Below, in pieces: positions 24,446 to 35,211 of a stretch of DNA of 64,000 bases. The translations under genes and the position numbers were made by a program. The notes beneath the pieces were generated by a model. That model did no database searches, was not told the DNA's origin, and worked only from the letters and a program-made list of their open reading frames with translations. Source of the stretch: a virus. Every line of letters begins with the position of its first letter. Position 1 is the stretch's first letter. The stretch is taken from positions 3,530 to 67,529 of IMG/VR virus record IMGVR_UViG_3300024348_000026, one strand, 5' to 3'.

Positions 24446-25113
24446 GATTCTTTGATTGGGTGGAAGATTTCTTTTTCGCCTGAAAATATCATTGCATTAT
24501 AATCGACAAACGGCAAGTTTATTTCCCCTATTCTCGCGCCTTCTATTGACGCTATCGTGGGCAAGCGTAATTCGCTTATAATATCTTGTCTATAAGCTTC
24601 GTCCCACTGTGGGCGGGCAATGCTATCTAAAACCCATTTCTTTGTTAGAAAGCAGCCAAGCGAAATAAGCCCAACGGCTCGCTCTGAAAGCATTAGTTTT
24701 AGTTTTGGAATCTCACCCCACCAATACCAATAATCCTGATGCCAATCGAGATCGGACATTCTTTTTCTTACCCATTGATTCTTTAGGTGCAACGGCTCAA
24801 CGAACATTTGTTTGCCGACAAGATCAAGATTAAACGGAATTTCTGGGAATGCACAATTAACTAAAGTGTCCCATTCTATAATAGCAACACAATTTGTAGC
24901 GACTAAAGAACCGTTTTCTATCCACCATTTTCTTAAAGCTTGATCTGCGTTTCTCCAATTATATCTTTTGCCAAAAGGGTGGTCTTCTCCAATAACGACA
25001 TGAACTGACATTTTTGGATTATTTTTAAGTAAAGGCAAAAGGTGAGGAAGCAGTAGCTCGCCTGTGGTTTTGTTCACATGGGTTAATATTAAACAAGTAT
25101 AATTAGATATCAT
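24439..25113 (-). CDS. putative GT-A fold glycosyltransferase
   Basis: AIIEWDT (DxD-like), SELRLPT, FHPIK; operon context. Confidence 0.55.
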   Translation of the reverse strand: MISNYTCLILTHVNKTTGELLLPHLLPLLKNNPKMSVHVVIGEDHPFGKRYNWRNADQALRKWWIENGSLVATNCVAIIEWDTLVNCAFPEIPFNLDLVGKQMFVEPLHLKNQWVRKRMSDLDWHQDYWYWWGEIPKLKLMLSERAVGLISLGCFLTKKWVLDSIARPQWDEAYRQDIISELRLPTIASIEGARIGEINLPFVDYNAMIFSGEKEIFHPIKESC

Positions 25114-25868
25114 TTTAATAATGATTTGAATGTTTTAGACCTTTTCCAAAAAACTAAAAATCTTGCTGATTCTTTCCAATGGAAAAACTGCTTGTGCGTT
25201 AGCACCCTCTCTTGAAGTTTCTCTTTTACATTTTTTGTCCATTTGTAATGATTGACTTTTAATATTTCAGAATTAAACACAGCTTTGCTTTTGAATTCGG
25301 GCATTAACTCATGATGTCCTCCTTTGACGAGGATATTAGCTTTTGTTATGGGTATTTTTTTTGTTTGACACCATAGAATGGAGCGTCCGATATCTGCTGT
25401 TCTTGGAAATTGTTCTGATAGGGGTTTTTGGGGGATTATTTCTGGAAGCGAACCGTCTTCGGATACTCTATCTATCATAGATCCTGAACAACAATTTTCC
25501 CCATTAGCCTCCATTTTCTTGATTTTTTCTTTTAGGGTTTGGCCAACAGATTCTGCTTGTTCGTCTATATCTGTATGAATAAGCCAATCCTTATCTGTTA
25601 GCCCTGATTCCTTGATGACTAAGTGCCTAGCATCTTCTGAGACTTTCGTATTCCATTCGCCATATTGAAAATAGACAGAGGCTTTTTTGGTAGAGTAGTA
25701 GTCTCGATAAGCGTTTTCATCAGTGGGGCTTTTTGAGTGCAAAATCAAGAAATGGTGATCTACTCCCTGAGAATCGTAGAAAGCTAGAAAATGATCGATA
25801 TATGCTTCGTCAAAATCCAAGCTGCACATTGTAATGGTCGCGATCATTGTAGGTATTCCTCTCTCCAA
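25110..25868 (-). CDS. GT2/GT92-like glycosyltransferase
   Basis: HFLAFY..GVD, WLIHTDIDE, GHH, HYKW. Confidence 0.75.
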   Translation of the reverse strand: MERGIPTMIATITMCSLDFDEAYIDHFLAFYDSQGVDHHFLILHSKSPTDENAYRDYYSTKKASVYFQYGEWNTKVSEDARHLVIKESGLTDKDWLIHTDIDEQAESVGQTLKEKIKKMEANGENCCSGSMIDRVSEDGSLPEIIPQKPLSEQFPRTADIGRSILWCQTKKIPITKANILVKGGHHELMPEFKSKAVFNSEILKVNHYKWTKNVKEKLQERVLTHKQFFHWKESARFLVFWKRSKTFKSLLK

Positions 25869-26590
25869 GGTTGTTTGTTGGCGAAGTGTCGCAAGATGGT
25901 ATCATTTGGAAGGGTTTTGTTTATAAAAAGTCTCCTTAATGCCCACGCTTGCCGATTGTCTATTTCTTCTTGCAGAAGAGTAACATTCCATATTGGATCT
26001 TTCACTTCGACATGATCGAGCAATTCTGTGACGATATATTTAGCATCTTCGGCTTGAGCAGAGTGAAACCCGTAATGAGGCAGCGTTAGAAAAGACTGCC
26101 CATTAAATGGTTGGATTCCAGCCAAAGAATACCATGCGGCTTGCTCCCTGAAGTGTTGCCAGAATTTTATATTTTTGTTTTTTTGGTATAAGTCTTCATC
26201 TAATATGTTTTTGATTAAACCTATCGACCACTCGTTCAAATTAATACAAAAGTTTCCCATACAGTGGCTATTGCAGCTATCGATAGCGTAAGAAAAACTT
26301 TTTTCTGTCAAGTATTCCATGTCTGGTTTTACTATCACCATGTCGGCATCAAAATGTATAATCCTATCTCCCATCTCTATTTCTGCATTATGGTAAAACT
26401 GTTCTAATAAATAGAACTTTAACCAAGTAGGATTCTCTCTAAAGTCTGGAAGATTCCAAGAGTTGTCTATTAGCAGATATTCCATTCCATGCCTAAAACA
26501 ATAATCTTTATTCTTAGGCGAAATAGACTCCTCAAATAGATCCTGTCTTTCGTCTTGGTATCTTGCAATAACAAATAGATATTTTTTCAT
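25844..26590 (-). CDS. GT34-like glycosyltransferase
   Basis: YCFRHG.EY, W.K, FDAD, EQAA, WN, HFA. Confidence 0.75.
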   Translation of the reverse strand: MKKYLFVIARYQDERQDLFEESISPKNKDYCFRHGMEYLLIDNSWNLPDFRENPTWLKFYLLEQFYHNAEIEMGDRIIHFDADMVIVKPDMEYLTEKSFSYAIDSCNSHCMGNFCINLNEWSIGLIKNILDEDLYQKNKNIKFWQHFREQAAWYSLAGIQPFNGQSFLTLPHYGFHSAQAEDAKYIVTELLDHVEVKDPIWNVTLLQEEIDNRQAWALRRLFINKTLPNDTILRHFANKQPWREEYLQ

Positions 26591-27240
26591 TTAAAAAGTT
26601 TGTGACAGCTATCTTGTCTTGATGCCTTATGCTCTTTTTGGGCATAGAGTCCATTGTTATAATCGGGCAGATTTAAGAATCTGTTTCTTAAAAAAAGTGG
26701 AAGCGTTTTGTTTTTTATTAATGAGGATATAAATATATCGTCTTCTATTCTTGGATTGTCTATTGAAGCTCCAAATGCCTCGCTGTTCAACCTTAAGACA
26801 GACTTTGGGCAAAAGATGAATCTGCCTTTTAAAATGTCAACCTTGTCTGTTTCTCCAGCGACTAAATGTTTTGATCCCCAATAAGACTTATCTTTATTCA
26901 AATGGACGCCAAAGAAACCAATAGCTCCTTTGTCGTTTTGTTTTTGACAATAAAAAATACAATCTTCAATGACTTTTTCGTCTCTAAAGATGAAATCATC
27001 ATCTAAAGAAAAAATATAATCGGAAGATGCGTAATTAGCCATGAACCATCTAGGCCAGCACATTAGATTCTTTGAAGAGTCGATTTGAAGATCGACATCA
27101 TATTTTGTTTTGTCGAGGGGATTATTGTTCCATAAAAATATCTCGATAGGCGCAGATTGACTTCTTAAAGAGTTGATTATCTTTAAGAGGTTACTCTGTC
27201 TTGCGTAAGATAGAAGTAAGGCTGTCGCTTTGCTTTTCAT
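26587..27240 (-). CDS. GT2/GT64-like glycosyltransferase
   Basis: LLSYAR, WNNN, IFSLDDD, EDDIFIS. Confidence 0.75.
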   Translation of the reverse strand: MKSKATALLLSYARQSNLLKIINSLRSQSAPIEIFLWNNNPLDKTKYDVDLQIDSSKNLMCWPRWFMANYASSDYIFSLDDDFIFRDEKVIEDCIFYCQKQNDKGAIGFFGVHLNKDKSYWGSKHLVAGETDKVDILKGRFIFCPKSVLRLNSEAFGASIDNPRIEDDIFISSLIKNKTLPLFLRNRFLNLPDYNNGLYAQKEHKASRQDSCHKLFK

Positions 27241-27415
27241 GATGGAATTTTAAAATCTCTTTTGCTCTTTGCTCTAAAGCTCTCCTACAATAGTCATAGG
27301 TTCCGCCTGGCTTTTCAGGCCCAGCGATCAATTTAACAAAAGCTAAAAGATCATTCGTTTTGGCTAATTGAAGCCAAAACTGTCTTTCCGTCTCTCACTC
27401 CAAGAAGTTTCATAA

Positions 27416-27631
27416 TTAATTTTCTGTGTAAGAGTGGATTTTAATAGAGTGAGGCCCATCAATAGATGTTACTGACTCTGGAAGAGCTGGGCTTTTAAGA
27501 CCTTCTCTAAATGGGTTATAAGCGGTCATTGCATCGGCCCATTCGTTAAATTCAATTAGTTTTTCTTCTGGAACCATATACCAATTACAGTCGTCATCTT
27601 GACACAAGATATAGGAAGCTTTATTTGTCAT
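27416..27631 (-). CDS. hypothetical protein (leaderless)
   Basis: TTGCTT-N16-TATAGT-N6-ATG. Confidence 0.65.
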   Translation of the reverse strand: MTNKASYILCQDDDCNWYMVPEEKLIEFNEWADAMTAYNPFREGLKSPALPESVTSIDGPHSIKIHSYTEN

Positions 27632-27643
27632 AAAATGACTATA

Positions 27644-27766
27644 TCAAAAATACCTAAGTAAGCAAACAAAAACTATAAAAAGATATATAACCCCAAAAAT
27701 AAAAATTAATACTTTATCTTTACGGCTATAAATTGGAGTATTTAAGTCGAAAGGATCATCGTCCAT
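27644..27766 (-). CDS. 40-aa single-pass membrane peptide absent from the ORF track
   Basis: GTGTAA-N7-ATG; MDDDPFDLNTPIYSRKDKVLIFIFGVIYLFIVFVCLLRYF. Confidence 0.5.
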   Translation of the reverse strand: MDDDPFDLNTPIYSRKDKVLIFIFGVIYLFIVFVCLLRYF

Positions 27767-28034
27767 CCTATCTTTACACTTAGACTGCTAAGCTTCCTTA
27801 TTTTCCCTGAGATTTCAAGATCTCTTTGGCTTTTTGCTCTAAAGCTTCGCGGCAATAATTATATGTTCCGTCTGGCCTTTTTGGGCGAGCCGCCAACTCA
27901 ACAAACGCTAAAAGTTCTTCAACAGATATCGTCAATTCGTTTGTTTTCATCAGTTGGTCCAAATATTTTTGGAAGTAATACTCTGGTTTATTTTCTGTAA
28001 AAGACATGGTATCGTTTATTATAGTAGTGTTAAC

Positions 28035-28397
28035 TTATTCGACCCATTTATTAAAAGTTTTTAAAATAGATTCGGCAATTTCTTCGGAGTTGGCAAGTAA
28101 AAGATCAACATCACTAGTTAATGCTGTGCCAGACTTATTTTTTGGCATTCTACGGCTAACGATTGTTCTTAAATTATTTACCCACTTAACTCTTAAAATA
28201 TTATTGCTTCTATCTTTTACTCCAAGAATCTCAAGTAATTTACTAAGATCGTCTAAATTTCTAACGAAAGATGGAACAATGCGTTTTTCTTCTAAGAGAG
28301 TCTCTCTAAGCCCTCCAAATTCCCCTTTATTAACTCTTTGGATATTAGGGTATCCATATAATTCAGCCAAGGCTATTCTTTGTTCTTCTTCTTTCAT
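28035..28397 (-). CDS. hypothetical protein
   Basis: ORF with ATGA overlap. Confidence 0.65.
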   Translation of the reverse strand: MKEEEQRIALAELYGYPNIQRVNKGEFGGLRETLLEEKRIVPSFVRNLDDLSKLLEILGVKDRSNNILRVKWVNNLRTIVSRRMPKNKSGTALTSDVDLLLANSEEIAESILKTFNKWVE

Positions 28398-28921
28398 TGG
28401 TTATTTCTCTTTTCTAAAAATTCCATTACATCTTGTTCAAACGGATCATTAGGGAAGTTTGCTCCATAATAATCTCTCACTTTAAAATAGTTTGTGTCAA
28501 GGGTTTTCCAAATCCCCAAATAAGATATTTTGTCGGGATTATATCTAGGGTCAAGATTATCAATCAACACGTTATCTTTGTTGGCGTATTCGCTCGCCAC
28601 AACTGCTGATCCTCCATATGCGGTGCTATATGTATACGCAGAAACGTCTTCTCTGGCGAGGATTTGAGATTCTGGAAATGCAAATTGAGCCAATCGATTT
28701 ATTTCACAAGCGTAATCTTTTGTCGCTGCGGTAAGAACAAAAACATTTTCAACCCCAACAAGTTTTCGAGAAAATTCAATAACCCTTTTGGCGCAAGGGC
28801 GAATCATTGTATAATAAATCTCCCCATCGTTTAAAGAAAAACGAATATGGTTTTGATTGGGTTCTCGAAAAACCGTGCTTATTATCGATTCATCATAATC
28901 AAAAAATATTCTCTTTATCAT
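28394..28921 (-). CDS. HAD-superfamily (NIF/FCP1-like) phosphatase
   Basis: FFDYDES, RP, LTAA..YA, LIDN. Confidence 0.75.
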   Translation of the reverse strand: MIKRIFFDYDESIISTVFREPNQNHIRFSLNDGEIYYTMIRPCAKRVIEFSRKLVGVENVFVLTAATKDYACEINRLAQFAFPESQILAREDVSAYTYSTAYGGSAVVASEYANKDNVLIDNLDPRYNPDKISYLGIWKTLDTNYFKVRDYYGANFPNDPFEQDVMEFLEKRNNQ

Positions 28922-29179
28922 AATTTATAGTTTTTATCTAAAGGCCTCCAAATTATAGTGCAATGGGGGAGACGTTTCTCAAATTCTTTTTTTGTCACTG
29001 GAGTTTCCCATGTGACTCCATCTTCTTTTCTGAATCCATCTGGATCAAGCATTTTAACAGAATCTCCATACAAAATTTCGAACCACTGTTGCGGCTTCTT
29101 ACAAAAAGCCTTATCCCATCCTTCTGCATAAGATGTTGAATAAGCTTTTGTTCGAATTTCGTCATTAGTTACAGAATTT

Positions 29180-29455
29180 TTACTCATAAACAATGACTGT
29201 CTTTTCTATAGGGAAGACTTCTTCAAAAACAGGGTCTTCTCCTTCGTATGGCCTTTCGTCTTGGCATTCTGTCGCGCCTTCGGAATAACAAGACTTGAAG
29301 AGCTTGCCGTCCGATTGTCTTTGAACAATGATGTTAGTAATAATTGACCAGCGAGTAGTATCAACGATAGTTTGATTGATGATTTTAAAATTTTCATCGT
29401 CGCCCCAAATAATCATTCGGGCTTCTTGTTCCGTTAATTTTAATGTTTCTTTCAT
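29180..29455 (-). CDS. conserved phage protein
   Basis: RWS...GATECQD...EVFPIEKTVIVYE. Confidence 0.7.
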   Translation of the reverse strand: MKETLKLTEQEARMIIWGDDENFKIINQTIVDTTRWSIITNIIVQRQSDGKLFKSCYSEGATECQDERPYEGEDPVFEEVFPIEKTVIVYE

Positions 29456-29578
29456 ATTTTAAATTTTTATTTTGTTTTCAGTTAGTATAAAGACTTTATC
29501 TCTTTTTTCAAAAAATGTCAAGATTTAATAGAGAAGAGAGGAAGCTTCAAACCGCTCCCCCTCTATCCCCGAGTTTTG

Positions 29579-30583
29579 TTAGCGAAGAGCAACCCAAAGG
29601 CTCCCGCGTTTTTCTTTAATCCAAACGTATCCAAGAGCGTTCAAAGCTGCCAAAACGCAAATTTCGCTAGGGTATTCTGGACTAAAACTGTTTCTGATTT
29701 GTTTGACATAAACAGCGGTAAAACCTTGTGTATATTTCTTGTCCAAGTATGACTGAACACGCTTTTCAAAAGCCGTCAAATCTGTTTGCGCTTTATCCAC
29801 AATTTCTTTGCCTCTACTATCTGTTGCGGGAACTAGAATTTCTTTTTCAACATCGCAAAGAACCTCATAAGCGCAACACCGCAATTTCTTACAGTTATAA
29901 TCAGATGGGACACTCACAACGTCTTTTGGATTAATCTTAACTACGACAAGCTTCCCTTGAGCAAAGTTTGTGCTATAAGTGATTTCTGAGGCGTGAAGAC
30001 CAGACGAGCAATGAATTTCTCTATTATCGTCAACGTCTTTTCTATCAACTTCAATAGCTTCTCCAATTCCATTAAAAATCTTTCCCGAAAAATCAACCTT
30101 GCCTTTTAAGACGTTTGTCTTCGTATTGCCTGAAATACTCCAATAGTTTTTTTGAAGACCTTTATAGGCGAGGAAGCATCCATCCTCAGTTAGCGGCAAA
30201 CCCGTATTTTCTAAAAACTGATACAATTCATTAACAGAACGATAAGACGGATTCATTCTCAAATTCCGCCAAAAATTCAGAAAAAGAGTAATCGGCAGTC
30301 CTTCTTTCCGCAAAGAATTAATCTTGTCCACTAAGACTTGAGGGAGCAATTCTCCATCAATAAAAACTTGGTCACCCTTAAATTCAAAGCCTTCTTTTTT
30401 AGCTTCTTCGGCAAAAACTTTTGATTCATTGAGGACATTCTCAATAGCCTCGTCTTGCTTTGATTCTGGAAGATCAAAAGCTTTCAAGATTTTGGCATAT
30501 TTGACTGATCCTTTTTGGACGTTGGTTGGTCTTCCATTGTGAAAAAACGTAATGGAGGAGTTTGAAATGATATATTTGGCCAT
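29579..30583 (-). CDS. rIIB: rIIB-like protein
   Basis: NPS..SVNELYQFL...LTEDGCFLAYK...VDDNR..CSSGLH...KINPKDVVSVPSDY..KLRCCAY. Confidence 0.85.
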   Translation of the reverse strand: MAKYIISNSSITFFHNGRPTNVQKGSVKYAKILKAFDLPESKQDEAIENVLNESKVFAEEAKKEGFEFKGDQVFIDGELLPQVLVDKINSLRKEGLPITLFLNFWRNLRMNPSYRSVNELYQFLENTGLPLTEDGCFLAYKGLQKNYWSISGNTKTNVLKGKVDFSGKIFNGIGEAIEVDRKDVDDNREIHCSSGLHASEITYSTNFAQGKLVVVKINPKDVVSVPSDYNCKKLRCCAYEVLCDVEKEILVPATDSRGKEIVDKAQTDLTAFEKRVQSYLDKKYTQGFTAVYVKQIRNSFSPEYPSEICVLAALNALGYVWIKEKRGSLWVALR

Positions 30584-30845
30584 TTTTTTTGTTGTTGTTG
30601 TTTTTTTTAATTGTAATTTACTAGTCCCAAATGTTCAAGAATATCTTTCGCCAATTCTGCTCTCCCGTCTTTGGTTCCTAACGAATAGGCAAGCCAAGGG
30701 TCCATGTGACCAATGCTACCATCCTTAAGATCTTCGACTTCTCTTTGTGACAGATTAATAAGAAGCTGAATCATTGAGTGGGAAATGTCGAACTTGTCTC
30801 TCATGAGCAAATGATATTGAAAATTTCAGAGTTTGTCAAGATAAT

Positions 30846-32780
30846 TTAGATCATTTTCATTACTGCTCTGAATTCTTCCCTAGTCAACTTTGGTTTTGAG
30901 CTATGGTAGCTTTCGTGAGCGTGAGAGAAAGAAGTAAAGATTTTCGATCTTGTCGTTTGCTGGTTAAGGATAGAGTTCCAAAACTTAGTTACGCGATCTG
31001 CGTTTTTTTCTTTTTTAATCAAAATAATTGTTTTGGGATTGAAAGACAACCAAGGTTTTAGGGCTTTTGCTATCTTCAACCGTGCGGCGTTTTTCTCTTG
31101 TTCCTCTTTCGCCCACCCTTGAACGAGTTTTGAGTGTTCATCGCGCCCATGAATAAAAAATCCCAAGGCTTGGATGGCTTGGCCAAGCTCTTCCGATTGG
31201 CAACTCCATGCATTATATCTACTTTTGCCGCCGATATGGATAGAAATCCACTCCAATCTGCTTGTATCTTTTTTGTCGATTACTTTTTTCTTTTCTTCTT
31301 TGACCCATTCAATGAGTTTTGTGAGATCGGGTTCAGCAGGAAGGCTAAAACGTTCTTCTCGCACAAGATTAAGAAATCCTACGGCATTGAAGCTTCCTTT
31401 TTTACGATCCTTGCAATAAACCGCATAGGTTTTTTCGCGTTTCCCTTTTGGAAAGGGAATCCTTTTGACCGTCATTGTTTGAAAAATGCCATCAATTTCA
31501 GTGGCTGCTTCTGGCGAAAGTTTAGAAAATTTAGATTGGCAACCAATATAATAACTTTCATTATTTTGAATGGCAAAAGTTCGCAATTTGGACCTCCAAT
31601 AATCTGTAGCCGAATTGTCTGGAATTAAAACAAGGATTGGTTTGTCGTTTTTAAGGACAAAGTTATGTTTTTTGTCTTCTTTAAAATTGGAAACGGTAAT
31701 CCCCCCTACAAAGCCCCAAGTTTCTTTAAAAATAGAAGCGAGTTTTGCTTGAAACATTGAGCCGTCGCACCATTTATGAAAAGAGATTTCGCCCAAGTTT
31801 TCATCGATAACATCTTTTAGGGGTTTGGATTTGATGTGAGCAAAATCTTTTTGGGTTAGCTCCTCTAAGATATTATGAATTTTGCTTTTATAGTTTTGAT
31901 TGAGAGGGGTGTCGTGAAAAGACTCGCGGGAAAGAGCAACCGTCATAGCTCCAATTGGAACATTGATTGCTAGAGTGTGATCATTCTTTACCAAAAAGCC
32001 ATCGGGAATACTAAAGCTTTCGTATTTAACGCCGCCCATTTGCAAGACTGCTTGATTATTTTTGTCGCGCCCAAAGATGCCGCCAAAAAGAGTGAATTCG
32101 ACGTTGTTAATTACTTCTTTTTTGGCAATTGGATAAGGCTTAATCTCGTCTCCCAAAACATTAGCCTCGATGTTATGAGGGGAAAAATAAACAAAACTCC
32201 TGATTTCGTTGGAGAATTTGTTTGAGTCTAAGTGCTGAATTGGGACAACCACTTCCAGACCTGTTTCATTGGATGGTTCAGAATGAGTTTTGTAAATAAA
32301 CCCATTGGAAGACCCTTTGTTGTCGCCGCCAAGAGCGCAGGTATAAATTGTTTTTTCTCCTCCAAAATAAGAGATCACATAATAAGAATCAGTATAGCAG
32401 AATCCAGATTTTGAACCCACGCCGTAGGCTCCGACTGTTTTGTTATCGTTGAGTTTGGTGGAGTTTCCATACATTCCAAAAACCGTGCGAATTTCTTTTT
32501 CTGAAAGTCCTTTTGCGAAATCTCGCACAAAAAATTCACGCTGATTGTCCATTTCTCGCAATCCAATTTTTACAGGATCAGCGATATTGAATTTGAGGTG
32601 CTCGTCTAATCCGTTACTCGTAAATTCACGGACGACAGCTAGGGCTTTGTTGGTATAAATTGTATCTCGCAAATGTTTTGCCATTTGCAAGGCTGCTTCT
32701 TGACTCATCCCCATAATTGAGGCATTTGGATCAAAACCATCGGAAACAATAAGAGGAGAGGCGGAATTAGCGATTTTCAT
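30846..32780 (-). CDS. rIIA: rIIA-like protein (GHKL ATPase N-terminus)
   Basis: IYTNK.AVVRE..SNGLD.H, RDFAKGLS, STK, GAYGVGSKSGFCYTD; next to rIIB. Confidence 0.85.
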   Translation of the reverse strand: MKIANSASPLIVSDGFDPNASIMGMSQEAALQMAKHLRDTIYTNKALAVVREFTSNGLDEHLKFNIADPVKIGLREMDNQREFFVRDFAKGLSEKEIRTVFGMYGNSTKLNDNKTVGAYGVGSKSGFCYTDSYYVISYFGGEKTIYTCALGGDNKGSSNGFIYKTHSEPSNETGLEVVVPIQHLDSNKFSNEIRSFVYFSPHNIEANVLGDEIKPYPIAKKEVINNVEFTLFGGIFGRDKNNQAVLQMGGVKYESFSIPDGFLVKNDHTLAINVPIGAMTVALSRESFHDTPLNQNYKSKIHNILEELTQKDFAHIKSKPLKDVIDENLGEISFHKWCDGSMFQAKLASIFKETWGFVGGITVSNFKEDKKHNFVLKNDKPILVLIPDNSATDYWRSKLRTFAIQNNESYYIGCQSKFSKLSPEAATEIDGIFQTMTVKRIPFPKGKREKTYAVYCKDRKKGSFNAVGFLNLVREERFSLPAEPDLTKLIEWVKEEKKKVIDKKDTSRLEWISIHIGGKSRYNAWSCQSEELGQAIQALGFFIHGRDEHSKLVQGWAKEEQEKNAARLKIAKALKPWLSFNPKTIILIKKEKNADRVTKFWNSILNQQTTRSKIFTSFSHAHESYHSSKPKLTREEFRAVMKMI

Positions 32781-33099
32781 GTTTTTTTGTTTTTAAAGGA
32801 TCGGGAACTTCCCGAACACGCAAGGACTTTGGCGTATCTTGGCGAACTTGTCAAGATCTTTTCACAAAATAAAATCAAAGCTTTTTTGCCGATAATCGTT
32901 GGACTCTGCTATGGTTTCTTCAATTACCTGTTTTTTAATGATTTTAAATTGCTCTTCTGGATAAAATTCGCAAAGATCTTTATAAAATTCAAAAGCGTTC
33001 TTTTTTTCTTTAAAAACTCCTTTTGTGATATCGGACGATGATTTGATAATGAATTCAGTCATTCCTCATTTTATTACGCATTAAACAGGAGTCAAGATT

Positions 33100-33711
33100 T
33101 TAGTCTTTGTAGGCGTTTAATTTTTTCCAAATCGCGGCAATTCCTATTTGTTTTGAACGCGCAGTCGGGGACCAGACCCCATCTCTAATATATTTTCCTG
33201 CTTTTTCAATAGAAGTCCCAGTCCACAAATAGGGAGAAGGAGTTTCTGGGTGATATTTTCGATATCCGTCCCCATTGAATTTTTCGACCGAACTCAATGC
33301 GCTCCCAACTTCTTTCCAATTCTTTTTATCCATCTTATCGTATAACAATGCATCTTTTGCACTATATTCCCAAGCGAAAGGGGGAGTTCCAGTTAATGGG
33401 CGACCTTTTGGGACATACTTTGTTCGACCCTTTAAAGAACTTCCTTCGTGCAAATGATGATTGAAAGACCCTCCGCTTTCCATATTATGCAATCCAGAGA
33501 TTATTTCCCACGGAACCTTTGTTTCTCCGCTTACTTTTTTGTAGCGTTCTATATTTTTTTCTATTCTTTTGGCAATGACTTCAACTTCATGAACTCTGTG
33601 TTTAGCGATTGTCGCTGATTTCCATCTGGACGCATTAACTAGATCGTGTCCCGCTGGCTGGGCGAGACACGTAAGAATGGAAAGCAATAATAGAAGCAAT
33701 ATCCTCATCAT
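33100..33711 (-). CDS. secreted lysozyme-family endolysin (COG5526-like)
   Basis: signal peptide; VPW..I..LHNMES, EKFNG.GY, SPYLW, GKYIRDG, QIG. Confidence 0.8.
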   Translation of the reverse strand: MMRILLLLLLSILTCLAQPAGHDLVNASRWKSATIAKHRVHEVEVIAKRIEKNIERYKKVSGETKVPWEIISGLHNMESGGSFNHHLHEGSSLKGRTKYVPKGRPLTGTPPFAWEYSAKDALLYDKMDKKNWKEVGSALSSVEKFNGDGYRKYHPETPSPYLWTGTSIEKAGKYIRDGVWSPTARSKQIGIAAIWKKLNAYKD

Positions 33712-34103
33712 TTACTAATTGTCGCAAAGCAGATCAAAGGCATCAAGTAACTAATAGCAGTAGCAAACCAATAATGTTTAAGTCTTGCTGAAACAGAGGA
33801 TCTATTCTTAATGTCTGAGGTTAATCCCCCGTTTTCTGCATATAGAGCCGCTTCTGCGAATAAAATCAATCTAAGAAGAGGTCCAAGCAGGGCTACACCG
33901 AATACTGAAATCGTCGTATAATAAAGCTCGATAAAAGGCATTTCTGGCAACGACTTATAATGAGCAACCATAAGGGCAAAAAGAAGAATAGATACCCATT
34001 TGCCCCAAATATATCCTCTTGTTGCGGCGAAAGGTTGATAATTCCAAATTCCTAAAGCGATATCTTTAATTACCCCTGCTATTTTTAGTAGTATTTTTTT
34101 CAT
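33708..34103 (-). CDS. putative holin
   Basis: three TM segments, between endolysin and spanin. Confidence 0.5.
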   Translation of the reverse strand: MKKILLKIAGVIKDIALGIWNYQPFAATRGYIWGKWVSILLFALMVAHYKSLPEMPFIELYYTTISVFGVALLGPLLRLILFAEAALYAENGGLTSDIKNRSSVSARLKHYWFATAISYLMPLICFATISK

Positions 34104-34105
34104 AT

Positions 34106-34678
34106 TTAAATAAGTTTGAATTTTGTGACGATAAATAGGATTCCTCCTATGATTGCTGCGGCGACAAGGGTATAAATAATCCCCTTAACCATTTTGCCCA
34201 AAGCTACATTACCAGCTTGATCGGCGGCTTGATCTTTTAATGATATGATTGTTTTGTCTGATTCTTTAGCTTCTACCTTAAGTTTCCCAGCCTCTTGCTT
34301 GCTATATAAAGCTGCCGTCTCTAGTTCTGCTGAATTTATTGTTAGTGATTTTGTTGCCGCCTCTAAGAATTTAACCTTAAAATTTATAGCGTCCCAATTC
34401 TTATAATTTTCTTCTATCTGCTCTAAAGTCGCCGTTCCAGATTTTTTCATCTGTGCCGCAAGGAACTTTCCTTTTTCTGTGTCTATTTGTAAGGATTTGA
34501 TATCAGCATTAACGGTTTTGATTTCTTGCTTTACTTTCGTGGCTATTCTTGCCGTATTAGTTGTTGCTTCTGCGACAACTGCCGCTCTTGGAGCCACAGG
34601 ACTAATCACAATTGCTTTTGGATGGCAAGAAGCCACGCAAAATAACATTAAAACAAAAGCAAAAATCTTATTTTTCAT
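34106..34678 (-). CDS. putative unimolecular spanin
   Basis: lipobox VAS|C, coiled coil, C-terminal TM segment. Confidence 0.65.
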   Translation of the reverse strand: MKNKIFAFVLMLFCVASCHPKAIVISPVAPRAAVVAEATTNTARIATKVKQEIKTVNADIKSLQIDTEKGKFLAAQMKKSGTATLEQIEENYKNWDAINFKVKFLEAATKSLTINSAELETAALYSKQEAGKLKVEAKESDKTIISLKDQAADQAGNVALGKMVKGIIYTLVAAAIIGGILFIVTKFKLI

Positions 34679-34884
34679 TTATCATCCAGTATTTGTATTC
34701 TGAAATTTTCAAATCCATATTTTAAAAGAGCGTGATATAGTTTTGTTTGGCGTTTGCAATTTAAATTACGATAAGTTGAAATTCTTCGGTTAATATTCAC
34801 CGAACGACCAACATAACACTTGTTGGAAGGAGAGGTTAAATAATATATTCCAGATTTTTTATTCATGTTAATTTCATAATCCAT
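34675..34884 (-). pseudogene. truncated GIY-YIG homing endonuclease
   Basis: SGIYYL...CYVGRS...RR...KYG.ENF; stops before the catalytic Glu. Confidence 0.7.
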
Positions 34885-35211
34885 TCGAACTTCTGTCTAA
34901 TTATCTCCGACAATTCTCGCCCAAGATAATCGTTCCATTCTTTCTCAAGTGGTTTTACACAAGAACGGATAGAATGGTCGCCATAAGGAAAGCCAACTTC
35001 ATGTTCGTGGGTATATTGTTCTACATTTTGGAAGTTGTGAATAAAAGGTTCTTCGTCCAAATATCTCCACAATTTATTCATTTAATCAATGGAATCATCA
35101 AACTTGGCAAAAGATTCCAAGCAGATCCTGAAAAATTCATCAAAAAGTAATTTTATTCTGATTAAAACAATTCTGGAGAAATACTTGGCAAAAAATGTGT
35201 AATTAACAATA

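Noticed and set aside
31134-32414. Plus-strand ORFs inside rIIA, and similar antisense ORFs inside clpC and dnaE
   Set aside because: Antisense to conserved genes, with no recognisable motifs or start signals.
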